Assembly (NCBI GenBank): GCA_964035545.1
Contig: OZ037766.1
Location: 3,038,001 to 3,102,000 of the forward strand
Length of the DNA stretch: 64,000 nt
Reading direction: 5' to 3'
Source: Bugula neritina
Taxonomy: Eukaryota; Animalia; Bryozoa
In this document: in pieces, positions 37,401-51,478 of the stretch
Layout: every line of letters begins with the position of its first letter
How positions within the stretch are numbered: the stretch's first letter is position 1
Program-made: the position numbers and the translations under genes
Notes under the pieces: model-generated
What the model saw: only the letters and a program-made list of their open reading frames with translations
Told to the model about the DNA's origin: nothing
Database searches by the model: none

Positions 37401-40078
37401 ACAAAAATAGCTCTGTATAAGTATTACCATAAGATCTATTTACTGCAAATATTTTGCTGGAGGTCATAGTTTTTCAATCTTGATAATAAGGTTAACTTTC
37501 TTTACTAGTTTACTCTTTGCAAAATAATATAATTAGTAGATTTTTGGTCCTAAATAAATGCAACAATTGATTTTGGTGATTTTCTTATAGCGGCATTAAT
37601 AAGTTGATAATATGATCAAACATTCTTGTATTTGGTATAAAGGAAAAGCCGACAGAATACCTAAAGAACTGTAGCTGACATGCACAGTTTTATGCTCCAC
37701 ACAGCTTGTTGCCTTGATCTGCTATTTCAAAACCAAATCTTGTTCTTAATAACGAGCAGGGAGATAATTCCTCGTTATTAAAACTTTCTGAAAGCTTTTG
37801 TTTTTAAGGAGAAATCTGGCAAACTAATATAATAAATATTATTTTAAAAAAAAGCAGAAGCCCCTTTAGCTGACATCAAAAACTGAATGTATTTATTAAG
37901 TATTTTAATATGTTGAAAATTCTTTTTTACTGGTACGACTTTTCTATACTTAACATTAAAGGGTATATTATATATTTTATAGCTTGATAAGGGGAAGGAG
38001 GAAAGAAAGTTTTTTCCCTAAATGTTGATAAATCTACTACAGACATAAAAGACAAAATTGACAGAGTGTGAAAAATAATAAATGTTACTTTGGTTGCACA
38101 AACAAAATATTTTACTAAGACGACATTTGCTATTGAGGGGAACTAACTGCAACTTGAGACAATATAAAGGCTAGCCATTAAAAAGAGTACTATAACCAAA
38201 CGAGAATTGTGGCATATGTCGCCATTTGCTAAACATATATTTTTGTAGTTCCCGGGTGAGACAATTATAATACATCTAAAAGAATATTTTAAGCCTAAAA
38301 TATTGCAACAGTTTGTTATAGAATTACCGATCATCTTAAAATAAATGGTAAAGTAAAATTGATTTCCTTAACCCTATTCATCTGCCCACTGAAAAATCCT
38401 AAGTACTTCAGGCTTAGAAATATCTTTCTTTTAAAAATAATTCTGACAGGATATTAAAATAGTTAGCTGGCACACGTCAAATCTATACTGCTGCCACTTC
38501 AGATGGGCTGCCACTCTTGACTTTGTTAGTCCGAAAACACATTTTTTAGTATAATAATGGTTTCTATAATTATAAGGTGCCAAAAATATAGAAAACAGAG
38601 AACAATTATAATTAATATCCTCTTCTGTAAGACTGACTGGCACTGACTATATGACATAATCAAGTGATGTTTTGACACTTGAATAGACTAGGAAACAGAA
38701 AACCTACCGCCTCACCTTGGCTAAATCTGAAATAAGTTTTACAAAAGCTAGCTTAATTTATTACCTCTGCCAACATTGTAGTTAAACAGAAAGCAAACAT
38801 TTAAAATGGAGTAAAGAAATTTTTAGCTTTCACCGGACTGATAATGCAATTTGCCAATTTTAACGCTTTCTTATATTACAAACATTCTCAGCAGTTAGAA
38901 ATTCCTAAGTATACTTTGATTAGAAATATTTAAAGTGGCTTTTAATTTTGGCCATCTTAGAAACTTTATTATTAGAAATATAAATTTTGAAAAAAAATTT
39001 AAAATTTATTTTGTTAATTATAGATTAGGAATATATATTCTCTAAAATACTATAGCAATATATTTACACTGAGAAAACACAATAAAATATAATTTAACCA
39101 ATTTACTGAGGCTCTTTGTCTTTCACCCTTTAACAAGTTGCTTTCTTGATCCAGATATATGGCTGTGTTATCCCAACAAAACAGTCCCTTGGTATGTGAA
39201 ATGGCTTTCTTCAAACAGTTTCCTTTCATATCCCTCTTAATCTGATTAGACCTTTAGCTGGTTTTGCCATTTTTAGCAAGAAAATTGTTTAAGCCTTCAC
39301 TAACTTCTTTTTACAAAATAATGGAGGAAATAATTTTTTAGGCACCTGGAAACGATGACAAACTGGAATGCCTTTAAACTAGTATTGAAAAGCTCAGACT
39401 AAGCCCTAAGGGAAGATAACTCTATGAGAATACAAAGGTATATTCAAATTACATTGCAATTCCACGTTGGGATTTATAAGCAGTGAAGCCCGTGATGTAA
39501 TAACTTTATGCAAAATAAAATATGATTAGCGAAGCTAATTATTGCTATATGCTGTTTCATGATACTCTAAGAATAATTATTACATCTTATACCTAGAGGT
39601 GACACTTGTACTATTTACTTTGAAGTAATTGGATAGAGAAAAACATAACAAGCTATACCTTGCATACTATACGCTATACCTTTCCATATAAGATATATTG
39701 ATTTACTCTGTTGAATAAAAATAAGTCATTCGAAATCAAAAAGTTAGTACATTGGTTGGATTCAAAGACTCAGGAATAACACATATGACTAGTATATGCT
39801 CCGTGCAATCTAGCATGTCAGATTTATTGTGTTTTATTGATTTGTAGTTAGTAGATTTTTTAAATCTCTCAGGACTAAACATCAAGTATATAAAGACAGA
39901 GTATATAACATCTTAACTTTTCACTAGGATACACCCAGTCAAACAACAAGTATCTGGTGCTATGCTCATCAGCGCAATAAACAACCTGCTGTGAGTATGA
40001 CAATTGCATTATGTTATTATACATCTACATTTTATTTGATTGGATGAGGGCTACGATAGCCTAAACAAGAATTGATTG

Positions 40079-43000
40079 ATGGCTCAAAGACGATTGCATA
40101 CACTGACACACCAGTTTTCAATAGCCGAGGAGCTAGAGGTTTTAGAAGAAGAGGGTGATATTTCAAGACCTTTGGAACATGATGAAGAACTTTGGGGTAT
40201 GTCCTCATTAGCACCCAATCCGGCTCTCAATGACAGCAAAGCATGCTCAGCCATGGCAGCTTGCCAACTACAGCATCATAGCATGAAGAGAACCAATGAG
40301 CCTCAGTTAGATGGCAACGCAAACAGAAGGTCAGATGAGGTTTCGGGTATGAGCAGTCCGCCAGTAGATTCCTCGATGTTGAGCAATCAGAATATAGATA
40401 CCTGTGTGGGAAGTTACAGTAGCATGGAGAGTAGTGAGCCTCTGCTATTGGATAGCAGCACCAGCACTGCTGAAGCTTCCACTCCTTGCACCTACAGTAA
40501 TGGGGGAATACAGATGAGTATATCAGTCAATAACTCTTCTAATGATGTCAATGTAAAGGATAGACAAGCGTTAGAGCCTCTCCTATTCTCCGAGACTGAG
40601 GACCCAAGATTCACTAGCAACATCGCAGTGCAGAGTACCTCCCCACATAAGTCTGCGGCTTTGATGAGTATATCCAAGTCTGCTGGTAGTGGTTTGACTG
40701 GCTCCGAGAATAGCAATCAATCTGCCTTACTAACAACACCAACTAACTGTGAATCATTCAAGCCTACAACTTTACAAGTCGCCAACTCGCAAAGAAAACT
40801 GACTTCAGTGGATACAGTAAAAAACCGTCACAATTTCTGGAAAGCTCGTAGTTCTTCAACAGAAGTACCATCAAGCAGTAAACAAGACCTACTGTCTTGT
40901 GGCAAAGGAAGTCCAAACCTCAGTAAACTCGTCAGTACCAGCGGGCCCTTGCTCAGGGCAAACAGTTTAGAGAGGGGCACTCAAACCGTACCATTCTCTC
41001 AGCTCAACACTGAAGAAAAGACACAGGCTAGGTATGGCTCTACCATTAGTGTTATAGGTACTGAGTATATGAAAGCTAAAGGAGTTATTACTCCCAAATT
41101 TCAGCAACTTCAGAAACCAAACATCCAGAATCATGAGACGGCTAGTCATTCTTCAAGACACTTAAATGACTCATCTTTTGATAAGCAACATTCACACCCA
41201 TCAGGTGAGGTACAGACGGCTGTTCACATGAGCCATAAGGCCTCCACCCAGCCCAGCCATGTTGTCAGAATTGTTCCGGGCAACGAGGACGATACGCACA
41301 ACAAACGCCTCGCTATTGGCTACAGACTAGGGAGACGCAAGCTACTCGCTGAAAGACGACGGAAAATAGCCGACTTAGGTTGTATATTTGCACTATTGGG
41401 ACTTTTGTTGATGATAATACAGACCGAATGCAGCATTGCCAATATCTATGCAACGGTAAGTTGAACAACTATTTATATTTCTTGTCAACATCAAAGTTTT
41501 GTCAGCAAATTGTAAAAGCATTTGTTGTAAAAATTACTCAATTACTGCTGGATAGTTGATGGGCATTAAATCTATAATTCATTGCCAAGTTCTTAAGACA
41601 TCAAAATTCTAACAAAAGCTAACGTGGAACTGTGTGTTATTCAATTTCCAACTTATTTTACAAATACTAAAATATTTGCGTCAAAGAAAACTTGGGAAAA
41701 ACAGCATGCAACTAGCTGTATCAGCAAATTCAATTTAGGTCTAAACTTTTTTCCACTATAGCAAATCTAATTTTATCTCTGCAATTATGCAATAAGAAAC
41801 TGGTTGGTGCTAATAATTGTAGCTTTATTAAATTTGTCATTTAAACTAACATGCTTTAATTTATGCTCCAGTAACTGCCAGCTGCTAGGCCCATTTGCTT
41901 GAACCCTTCATCTGTGCAGTCGCAACAGATGTGTTCACAACAACCCAAGAGTTTATATTAGCATAAACTAACTTTATTATACCTCATTCTTGCCTTTTTT
42001 GCTGAACAATAGTCAGAGAAACTTTCTACTTTGAAAAGAATTTAATATCAAAATAGTTGAAGATTTTTATCGAGCGAAGGGAAGGTGATGTAGTCATTCT
42101 TGCCAACTCAATAAATCTGTAGTTAACAACCATATATACCAACTAGTAATTACGGAATAATAAGATCATCAATTAGTAATGATACATTCAGCAGAACAAA
42201 AACCATAAATAATTAGGTTTCTCAACTTTTGACCGCTGATGAACATTTATGTGGATGTCATAGAGTGTGTAGGGGGAGTTTGTCAGTTCCACTTTTTACT
42301 CTTTTGCTGTCATAAATTAGGTTAAACTAAGACATTCTCTCTTCTATCAGTCATATCATTCACTCAATAGCAAACATCATAATACTGTCACAGAATTTAG
42401 ACCATTCCACACATACTTGGGTTCTTTGAAATATAATGTGATGATCAACATTTCATGCTACCAAGTAATACTTCTTTTATAGTTTATTAGTTCATAGCAG
42501 AGTTGCTATTAGCAGATTGTAGATGCTAGGAATATTGATCTAAATACGGACAGTGTGTGATTTAAAATTCTTAGGATATGTTTTTACAAATCTCTGATGT
42601 CATGCATCATATTATATATTCACATTGGTTTGCATGTAATTAAAAACAGGAAGTAATAACTCTCTAAGGGATAGGTTAATTGGTCTCTGGTTTTGAATAT
42701 CTATAACGCCCATCCTATATGTGCTTTGGGCATTATGGAAAGGTTGGGGTGGAGGTGCAGCAGCTAAACACAAGTAGTTTTTAGGAAACCTGGTTATGTC
42801 TACCAACTGAGTGACTCCGCTGGGAATACGAACAATCAAACAATATTTCTGCACAAGTTTGATCAGTTTTTGAGAAGACCCAAAACAAATCACTATTAAT
42901 GGAGCTTTGAATTCTTTTTAAAGAAAAAATTAAGACTTTGTAAATGGATACGGGGCTGTCTATGACCTTTTTATGCAAGGGTTTTGTTCTAATAATTTTA

Positions 43001-44048
43001 GTTCCCCGAAGGGGGGGGGGGCTTTTCAGACTGCGTATGCTCTTTCAATCAACTATTGATGAGTAAAACCTATTGCACCTGCTAAGCAACAAACTCCTAT
43101 TAGTTATTGTACTGTCAGTAAAGCATATTGTAGCACAAGCTTTCATTTCTAATGCTTTTCATCTCATGGATCAGTAAGCATGCAGCTCAGTGTTACATAT
43201 AATTGCGGTTTAGTATTATTTAAAACTAGTACATCAAGTGTAGGATTTTAATAATTAACTTATATCAATTATTACTGTAAGGCTGATATACTTGTTGCAT
43301 AATTGATTGATACGCCCACACATTTTGTCGATTAAACAAAAAGAAATAAAATTTGACATCGGGTATGCCTTAGAGTGCTTGTAGAACACTGCAGTACATA
43401 TTATAGTACTGTAGACAAATCAGTTAATAGACGTATTCCAGCAGCTGTTAGTTAACCGCAGCTTTCAACATGATGAGTGTTAAAGCTCAGACTATTTATA
43501 AAGTATTATACATGCATACAAATTACTAATAATACACTTATACTATTGATAATCAGATTTATTACCATATCTATTTACCTAACACTTTGTATAGGCCTAG
43601 TAATATGCTATCTATTGAGCCAATATACAATAAATAATTATTAATAAATATTTTTCAATAAGGGATTTCTAGCGTTTTCTGAAGTTACCTGCAATATGAT
43701 TATGTATGAATACGTAAATTGCTCATTACGATAGCCATAAATCTACTGACTGCGTTGCTACGTAATTGTTACTTTGGGAAGCGTAAAAGATGCAGTGTTA
43801 GTATTCAATGCTAGCCTTTTCAAAATGAAGTAATAATTGTTGCAGAGGTGAACGTAAATATAATGTATTTTCTACTAACACTGCCACTATTGGTCTCTCA
43901 CAGCATTATGCATCTAGATATATCTAGATATACATGTACCAGATGTGTGTGGTGTGTGTGGTGTGTGTGGTGTGTGTGGTGTGTGTGTGTGTTGTGTGTG
44001 CTGTGTGTGTGTGCTGTGTGTGTGTGTGTGTTGTGTGTGCTGTGTGTG

Positions 44049-44089
<41 letters not shown>

Positions 44090-47000
44090 GTGTGCTGTGT
44101 GCTGTGTGTGTGCTGTGTGCTGTGTGCTGTGTGCTGTGTGCTGTGTGCTGTGTGCTGTGTGTGTGTGTGTGCTGTGTGTGTGTGTGTGTGTGCTGTATGT
44201 GTGTGTGTGCTGCGTGTGTTGTGCCTGTATTTTTTGCGCGTCCCTCTCACGAGTATGTAAACAAGCAATAAATTGTAAAACAGCTAATGCCCGTTTGCAA
44301 CTTTCCAATTCAGGTTTCCACTTTTTCTGCTGATGTGCTTTCAGTGTAGAAAAAACAATTGTGGCTTGCCTAAGTTTTGAATTATTTATTCCCAAGTTTA
44401 CAGCTTTACAGTATAGCAGCTACAACAATGAGCTGTCTGTATAGTCAGTGCAAACTAACAACACAACATTATAGTAAGATAGGCAATGATTCTTCAAACA
44501 GATTTGTAGGTAGAATCATCATATCCTTGTATCCTACATGATTAATTCTGTCTATAGAATCTAAATGTTTAGTACATACATTGTACACATACACACTTTA
44601 TTCACTGGCAGCTTCATAATTGCATTCTAGACAAGGCATCTCAAACTAGCTAATGTAATATTAGGTAGTAGCTGTCAAAGTTATACACCCTCAAGCAAAT
44701 TTGCATTTTCAGTTTTCAGGCTATACACTTTGCTGAGTTAGAAACAGTGTCAAATAAAACATAGTCTGTAACTATTCCCCTGCTCAATTTCTATGGTTTT
44801 AAGCTATTTTATATGTATAATAAAGATATATTGCATGATGTAATTGAATGAGAGATAGAAAGGTTACTTGGCTGCCGTCCATTTGCAAATGTGAATTAAA
44901 ATTATGATATAAAATAATTTTCTGTGTGATCATGTAATAGGCTGTTGATATACATGAACAGCAAAATGAACATGATATTAGAAGTTATAACCTAGCAAGC
45001 TGATTTCTGATTTAAGAATGCTTTTTAACAGAGAAACACAAAATACCATCAACTATACATTTAAAGGAATGTAGTTCGAAGTCTTTTGCCATAAATCAGT
45101 ATAAAATAACACTTTTTAAAAGCAACTTTTGCACACTGATAAACAAGTGAAGGCTACAAAAAGGCTGTAGAGATGCTAACACAAAGCATTACAATTTACA
45201 AATATAGCTTATGTGACACATTTTAGGATTCTTGTAGTCCTGTACAGGTGGTGCTAGTTGGTCATATTTACGAAGTTTGCTGATGGTACCAGTACATTGC
45301 GTAGAGAATTTTAGTTGCTTGTTATATGTGTTTGACTTTCATTATCCTGAATGCTTCAATACCTGTAATTCCTTTTATTTCGGTCATGTGATATACGACC
45401 ACACTCGCAGCTTTACGTTTGAATAAACATTCCCTGGTTCTTCTCAGAAAAGTCTTTACAAATCAAGAAAAATTTTTAGTTATTGTATTGTGAAGTTATC
45501 CCCCCTGGCACAATAGTGTTCCTCTGAATATTGTCCTCTCAAAAGCCAGAGCTCAACATAAATTAGTTACACAGCCAAACCAGTAAATTACTCATTCAAC
45601 TTTTGTAAAGTGAATATAGTATTCCGCAAATGGAAATAGATTTTACAGGCGACTGGTGTAGTTCTGGTAAACAGCTTAGCTGACAATCATTATGTGATTA
45701 AGCCAACGCACAGCACTTCAGCTATAACTAACTGTGATTTATTTAACATTTCAAAAACCTAAGAAAATTTATATAGCCAGCTGAAATTTTTTATTTTTAT
45801 GTTGTTTAATATAATGATGACTACTTGGTTATATGCAGCACTTGCTACCCTATAATAACTACTGTAATTATGTATGTAGAAAAAGCACTAGCTAGCTATA
45901 AATGTATCAGTTATTAGCCGTTACACTAACTAGAATTTTACTAGTTTGTGTAAAGCGTCCACTGTACAGGTCGATTGATTTTAATTTTTATTTTACTATC
46001 CCTAAGTAAGATAATGTTGCATTTTTACAATTATTCCAGCACCCAATAGTTTACATTCGCTGCCGGGCAAGCAGCATGCCCTACAGAAATATTCCGCCCA
46101 CTGAATGGAAACTTTCTTCAAAGTCATGCCATAGCATTTAACCTTGGCTAATGTTAGTGAAACTCTCTCCTGGGTATAGCAATCAACTACAGGCTAATAC
46201 ATTCACAAATACTATAAAAATGAATTATGTTTTATTAATAACTGAAGCTCTACAATCCAATGAGTAGAACTAGTATTTTTACAAAGCATGTTGATATAGC
46301 TTAGAGCTAGATGATGACCATTGCATTGATTTCTGTTGTCATAAATTAGAATCTAATAAAAAGTCACTTGAATTTATAGTCACTATCTCTGTGTGAACCC
46401 CTGATGATGGCAAAACCATTTTTAAATTGAATATTAGACATAAAATCACACATATAAATTATCAAATAAATTCGTTACCATCCCTGGAAATATACTCAAC
46501 ATTATCTTGGAAGTTACTTATTGCTACCAAATTTAAGTTGCATTACCGTACAGGGGGATAACTCCTACACTTTAATTGTTAATAGGCCCATAGCAGTTGG
46601 CTTTTACTAAAATATTTTCAGAATTCTCAAAATTTTCGAAAAGATAATTATTGGTTTTATTTTAGTTAGAGGGCGCAGTTCATTCTATTATAAAAAGGTT
46701 AATAATCTCATTATAAGCATTTTCAGCTTTTCGAGTTTTTTCTGGGAACATAGATTAGGGGGGATCCTAATAGTTTATCAAGCTCTCCTCAAACATGCTT
46801 GACCACGGAAACAGTTGGTCATGCTGAAAATGACAACAGCAATAATTATAATTATCAACTGCCCTTTTATCTTCCCTCCCACAAGCTTCATAATTGATTA
46901 GCTTACAAAAGTTGAATGTTTTAAGTAAATTGTAAATTATATAGTTTACAAACTTCCAATATAATAATCTTTAGAAATGCAGGCAAGACCCTGGAGTTTA

Positions 47001-50000
47001 GTGTCAATTTAATTAATAAGCTTGCAACTTCAATAACCTAATTGAATATTGTTCATTTGATTGCTATGTCTTCAGTTTTTAATTTACTTTCCTTTCGTGC
47101 ACCATTACTAATACATTTCTCTATGATAATAGATTAAAATAAAGACTAAAAGGGAAGCCCTTTCAACTTGTAGAATAGTTTAAACATTGAAGCCTTAATG
47201 AAAATTAGTATGTATAGATTATGCCGTGAACGAGTGTTTTATACCTTTTACACTTGGCTCATTAAAACCACTCCAAGTAATCAAGCACCAGCACCACGGG
47301 CATAATATACTCATAACTTAGTTGAAGCAAACTAAAATAGAGCAGCTGCTTAAACTTTCAGTCGTGTTTACTGAACCTAATATGTAATATGTTTTGATAT
47401 TTGAAATTTGAAGTGCTCACTCATGCATTGCGACAGTCACCTGAGCTTGATATGCATTTCAATTGTATTCATACAGTACACAAAAGTGCAACATACTGCG
47501 ACTGAATATAATATTGGGTGGTAATTTCAAAACTGATAAGTTTAGCTTCATGCAAATGTTATAGATTTTATACGCGACACTTAGAGCTAGTGCTTGCAGG
47601 GGATGGTTACATTTACAAGTGGCCTAATGCCTACTTCCTTTTTACGCTGCTCTCAACTGCTTGTTCACTGCTCTCAACTATCATGTGAAGTGCACACTAT
47701 AGTTAATTGCACAATATCCAAGGAATATAAAGCTACATGTTTGTGATAATCTACTTTTGCTGGCAGCAGCAGCAACTTCAGCATAAATATTGTCTAACTA
47801 GGTAGGGTCAACTACACACTAATTACATTGGCTTACATGTATAATTCACATTGTATTACAGTTCTCTTACTCTGTTACTAAATAATAATGACTTCGTATA
47901 GTCTATATATTATTATAATACAGCTATATGAGCGATTGATAATTGCGCAATACTGCATTGCAGCATACTACTAACAATATTTTTATTTTCACTTTGAATA
48001 ACAGACGTTAGCTTTTGTTTCAAAAGATAAAAAATACAACTGTGTCTTACAGCTTACTAGATATAATTATAAAACTTTTGCCCCCACTGGGATTCAAACC
48101 TGGGGCCTTCGGGGGTTTACAAGCTAGGGCACTAACCATTACCCCACCATTGCACTTAATACTATAAAGAGAAATGAACTTTCCTTATTACTGTTGTTTG
48201 TAGGAGGCAATCCCTTCCTATGCTGTGAAAAGTCTGATTACATTTACAACTCTTATTCTTCTCAGCCTGATCTGTTGGTACCATGCTGTGGAGGTCAAGG
48301 TGAGACAACTCTAATTATCTATATTATATTACTAGTCTTTACTCACGCCACACCAACTACTAATCTTCTTAAAATTATACTTTGATGCTTAATGTTAATG
48401 TTGTAGTTATTAAGTTTATAAACTCAATAGAATTTGCGTGACCAGAGACAAGGTGTTTTATAACGCAATAGAGGCAGCAATCTACTGCGGCAGCACTGGC
48501 AATATCAAACACAGCAATATAATGTAGTGGTTATATACACTCTACAAATCATGTCACACATTTTCTCACGTAATAGGATTTTTAGTATACTGATGAATAG
48601 TTTCAATATGTAAACCTTTTTGTGGTACCGAAATATCGAATCTTGACAACATTTATTGTAATAACATAGATATTTTGCATTGTATATATTTTTAATAAAA
48701 CTCTTGGATAACGTTGTGGCTGTATAATTATGTTTAGACAACTTCAGTTCACGGCATCAAATTAGCTGAGAATTGGCATTACTAATATTAGTGCATTGCC
48801 TTTTACTTTGTTTTTAAATTATTGAATTGTTAAATTGTTGTATTCCAAGATTACTACATGCATTACTACGTTGCTATTATTGCTATTAAAGTACTACATT
48901 ACTGTCTTGCTAGTGACAAAAAGGAGGAGTTGAAATTCTATTTAATAGCTTCTTATATAACTTTATATAAAATAGTGTTATTAAAACAATTTCATCCTAA
49001 AAATTTCCTTGGGGACAGGGAGGGTAGAAGGACCCTCTGTTTTTGCATATTACCTAATGCACATTGATAGTTGCCCATAGTTTACTATTTAGCTGCTAGC
49101 ACAGGGCTAACAAAAAACAAAACTATATATTCAACATTTGATTGTAGCAATTTCACATATATATTATGGTTGTATAATTTGACCTATTTAGTCTATTACA
49201 TGACACTTGAAAAACTTTTTTACATCTAATTTAACTGCTGGTTTAAATATTGTAATCTACTAATTATGGTCTGTCGCAATACATTGAGATAATTTCATCA
49301 GGAGCCTCAGTTATTGCTAATTAACAACACGAAGCTTTAGAAAATTTACTTTATTTAAATTAAATACTTTGTAATTTGAGAGTTGAGGAGAAACAGTGAT
49401 TAGATATTCGTAGCTTTGTTCCATTAATATTTTTCTCAACAATTCCAAAGCATATTGAATAATATATTATTTTTTGATAATATCGTAGCATTGTATCTTA
49501 ACTTCCAGCATATAAAGAAGTATAAAAATATTCTAGAATGTTCCTTATAATATTATTTGCAGTAACAGCTGATGTTTAAATTTATTGATATTGTTTTTAT
49601 GTAGAGATATGAAGGGACTTGCAACTATTTTATAAAATCATAAAAGTTGTACTTATTGCATTAATTAAAAGCCATAAAACATGTTGAATTTAATTAACTT
49701 TGTACTATCTCTTGAAAGTTAGCAGTTATTTTATATTTATAAAGAGTTTGATAATTATATGGCAGTACATAATACAACAATACTTTTCCATTTACTATTT
49801 CTGACTCTCTCGAGTTGTTGATTACACTTTCTAGTTGTTTCTTACTCTGTCTAGTTGTTTGTGGTGGACAACTGCATTGAAGACTGGAGAATTGCCATGT
49901 CGTGGCCAAGAGTGCTGCAGATTGGAGTGGAACTATTTCTGTGTCTCATCCACCCCATCCCCATACCCTACACATTTGATTGGATGATCATTGACTTGAA

Positions 50001-51421
50001 ATCACTGGAATATCGAACAGCCACTGTACCAGTAGATCTGATTCTATCCCTTCCCATGTTTACTAGACTCTACCTGATAGTTAGAGTAATGCTTCTTCAC
50101 AGTAAACTCTTCTCTGATGCCTCATCTCGCAGTATCGGTGCTCTCAATAAAATTACTTTTAATACTAGATTCGTACTCAAAACTCTTATGACAATATTTC
50201 CTGGAACAGTGATGGGGGTGTTTATGCTGTCCCTGTGGATTGTGTGTGCTTGGACGTTCAGAGCTTGCGAAAGGTAAGAGTTTAGAAAACAATTTAATAC
50301 AAAGCTTTCTTTTAATGTAGCAGGATGTTATTTGCTTATGTAACTCAAAGCTTGACCTGTACTCAAGAAATATTTGACCAAATTAATAAGAGCATGACTG
50401 CTATAAAGGCATCAAAAAGTTACTCATTAAATATTTAATTCTGCATATATCACACTGTGACCATGCAATCTCAATGGCTGTGACCTATCTCAATGGCTGT
50501 GACCTATCTCAATGGCTGTGACCATGCAATCTCAATGCTTTCCTATTGACCATATTTTAGGCCCAGTTGCTTTGCAACTCATTTAACTAAATTATATTAG
50601 AGATTACAGATCTTCAAAGCAACATTTTTAGTCAAACCAACTCAGTAATTTCTAATATTGCTTTAATTTATTTAACTTCAAGTTTGCCGTAAAACGCTCA
50701 AGCCTATAATACCTGTAGTGTATTTTGAAGCTAAATTTGCTCTTTTGGTGTTATTTCCACCAAATTGTTAGTATATCAACAGTTGAGAATCAATAGCTTT
50801 ACCACTGAATCATCAAGTGAAGCACAAGATGGGGTTTTAGAGCCTCGCACGTGCTGCTGTGGCGGCTAATGTTGCCGGACAAAAATAGTATGGTTTAGAT
50901 AGATAACGTGGCTTTGCGCCTGACCTTTCAAAGTGTCTCTGTAATGACATTTGGGTGATGCCAGAGCTTGAACAGCATGCCATCAAAGTGAATATATAAT
51001 TGAGAACGTGCGTTCAAGTCACATGCTAGCTTGACTATATTTAGCGGAGGTATAGTAAGTTTATTAACTCGGGAATTGCGGGAGGAAGAAATGATCCCCT
51101 CAAGCACTGGTTAAAATTTTATGTAGCAGTAAAATATTGATTTTTGTCAACAAAATACAACTTGCAAAGATATCTCTAACTGAGCCACATAAGTTTTATA
51201 TATAGAGATGCTGTATGAACAAATTTTCAATTACTTACTGAAAAATCAGTGACTATAGCTATGGACTGGCTTAAATCAGTTTAAATGTGTTGTGATTAAC
51301 AATTATTGATTTTATAATATTAACCTTAAGGAAATCTATAAAATATAATAATGTATTTTAAAATTTACCATAAGCATATATATGCATATATACATATGTA
51401 CATATATATATTGTTTTTCTC

Positions 51422-51478
<57 letters not shown>

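Noticed and set aside
43848-44395. Cys/Val-rich and His/Thr-rich ORFs (also 53838-54230)
   Set aside because: They come from (TG)n microsatellites in KCNN introns, not metallothionein or His-rich proteins.
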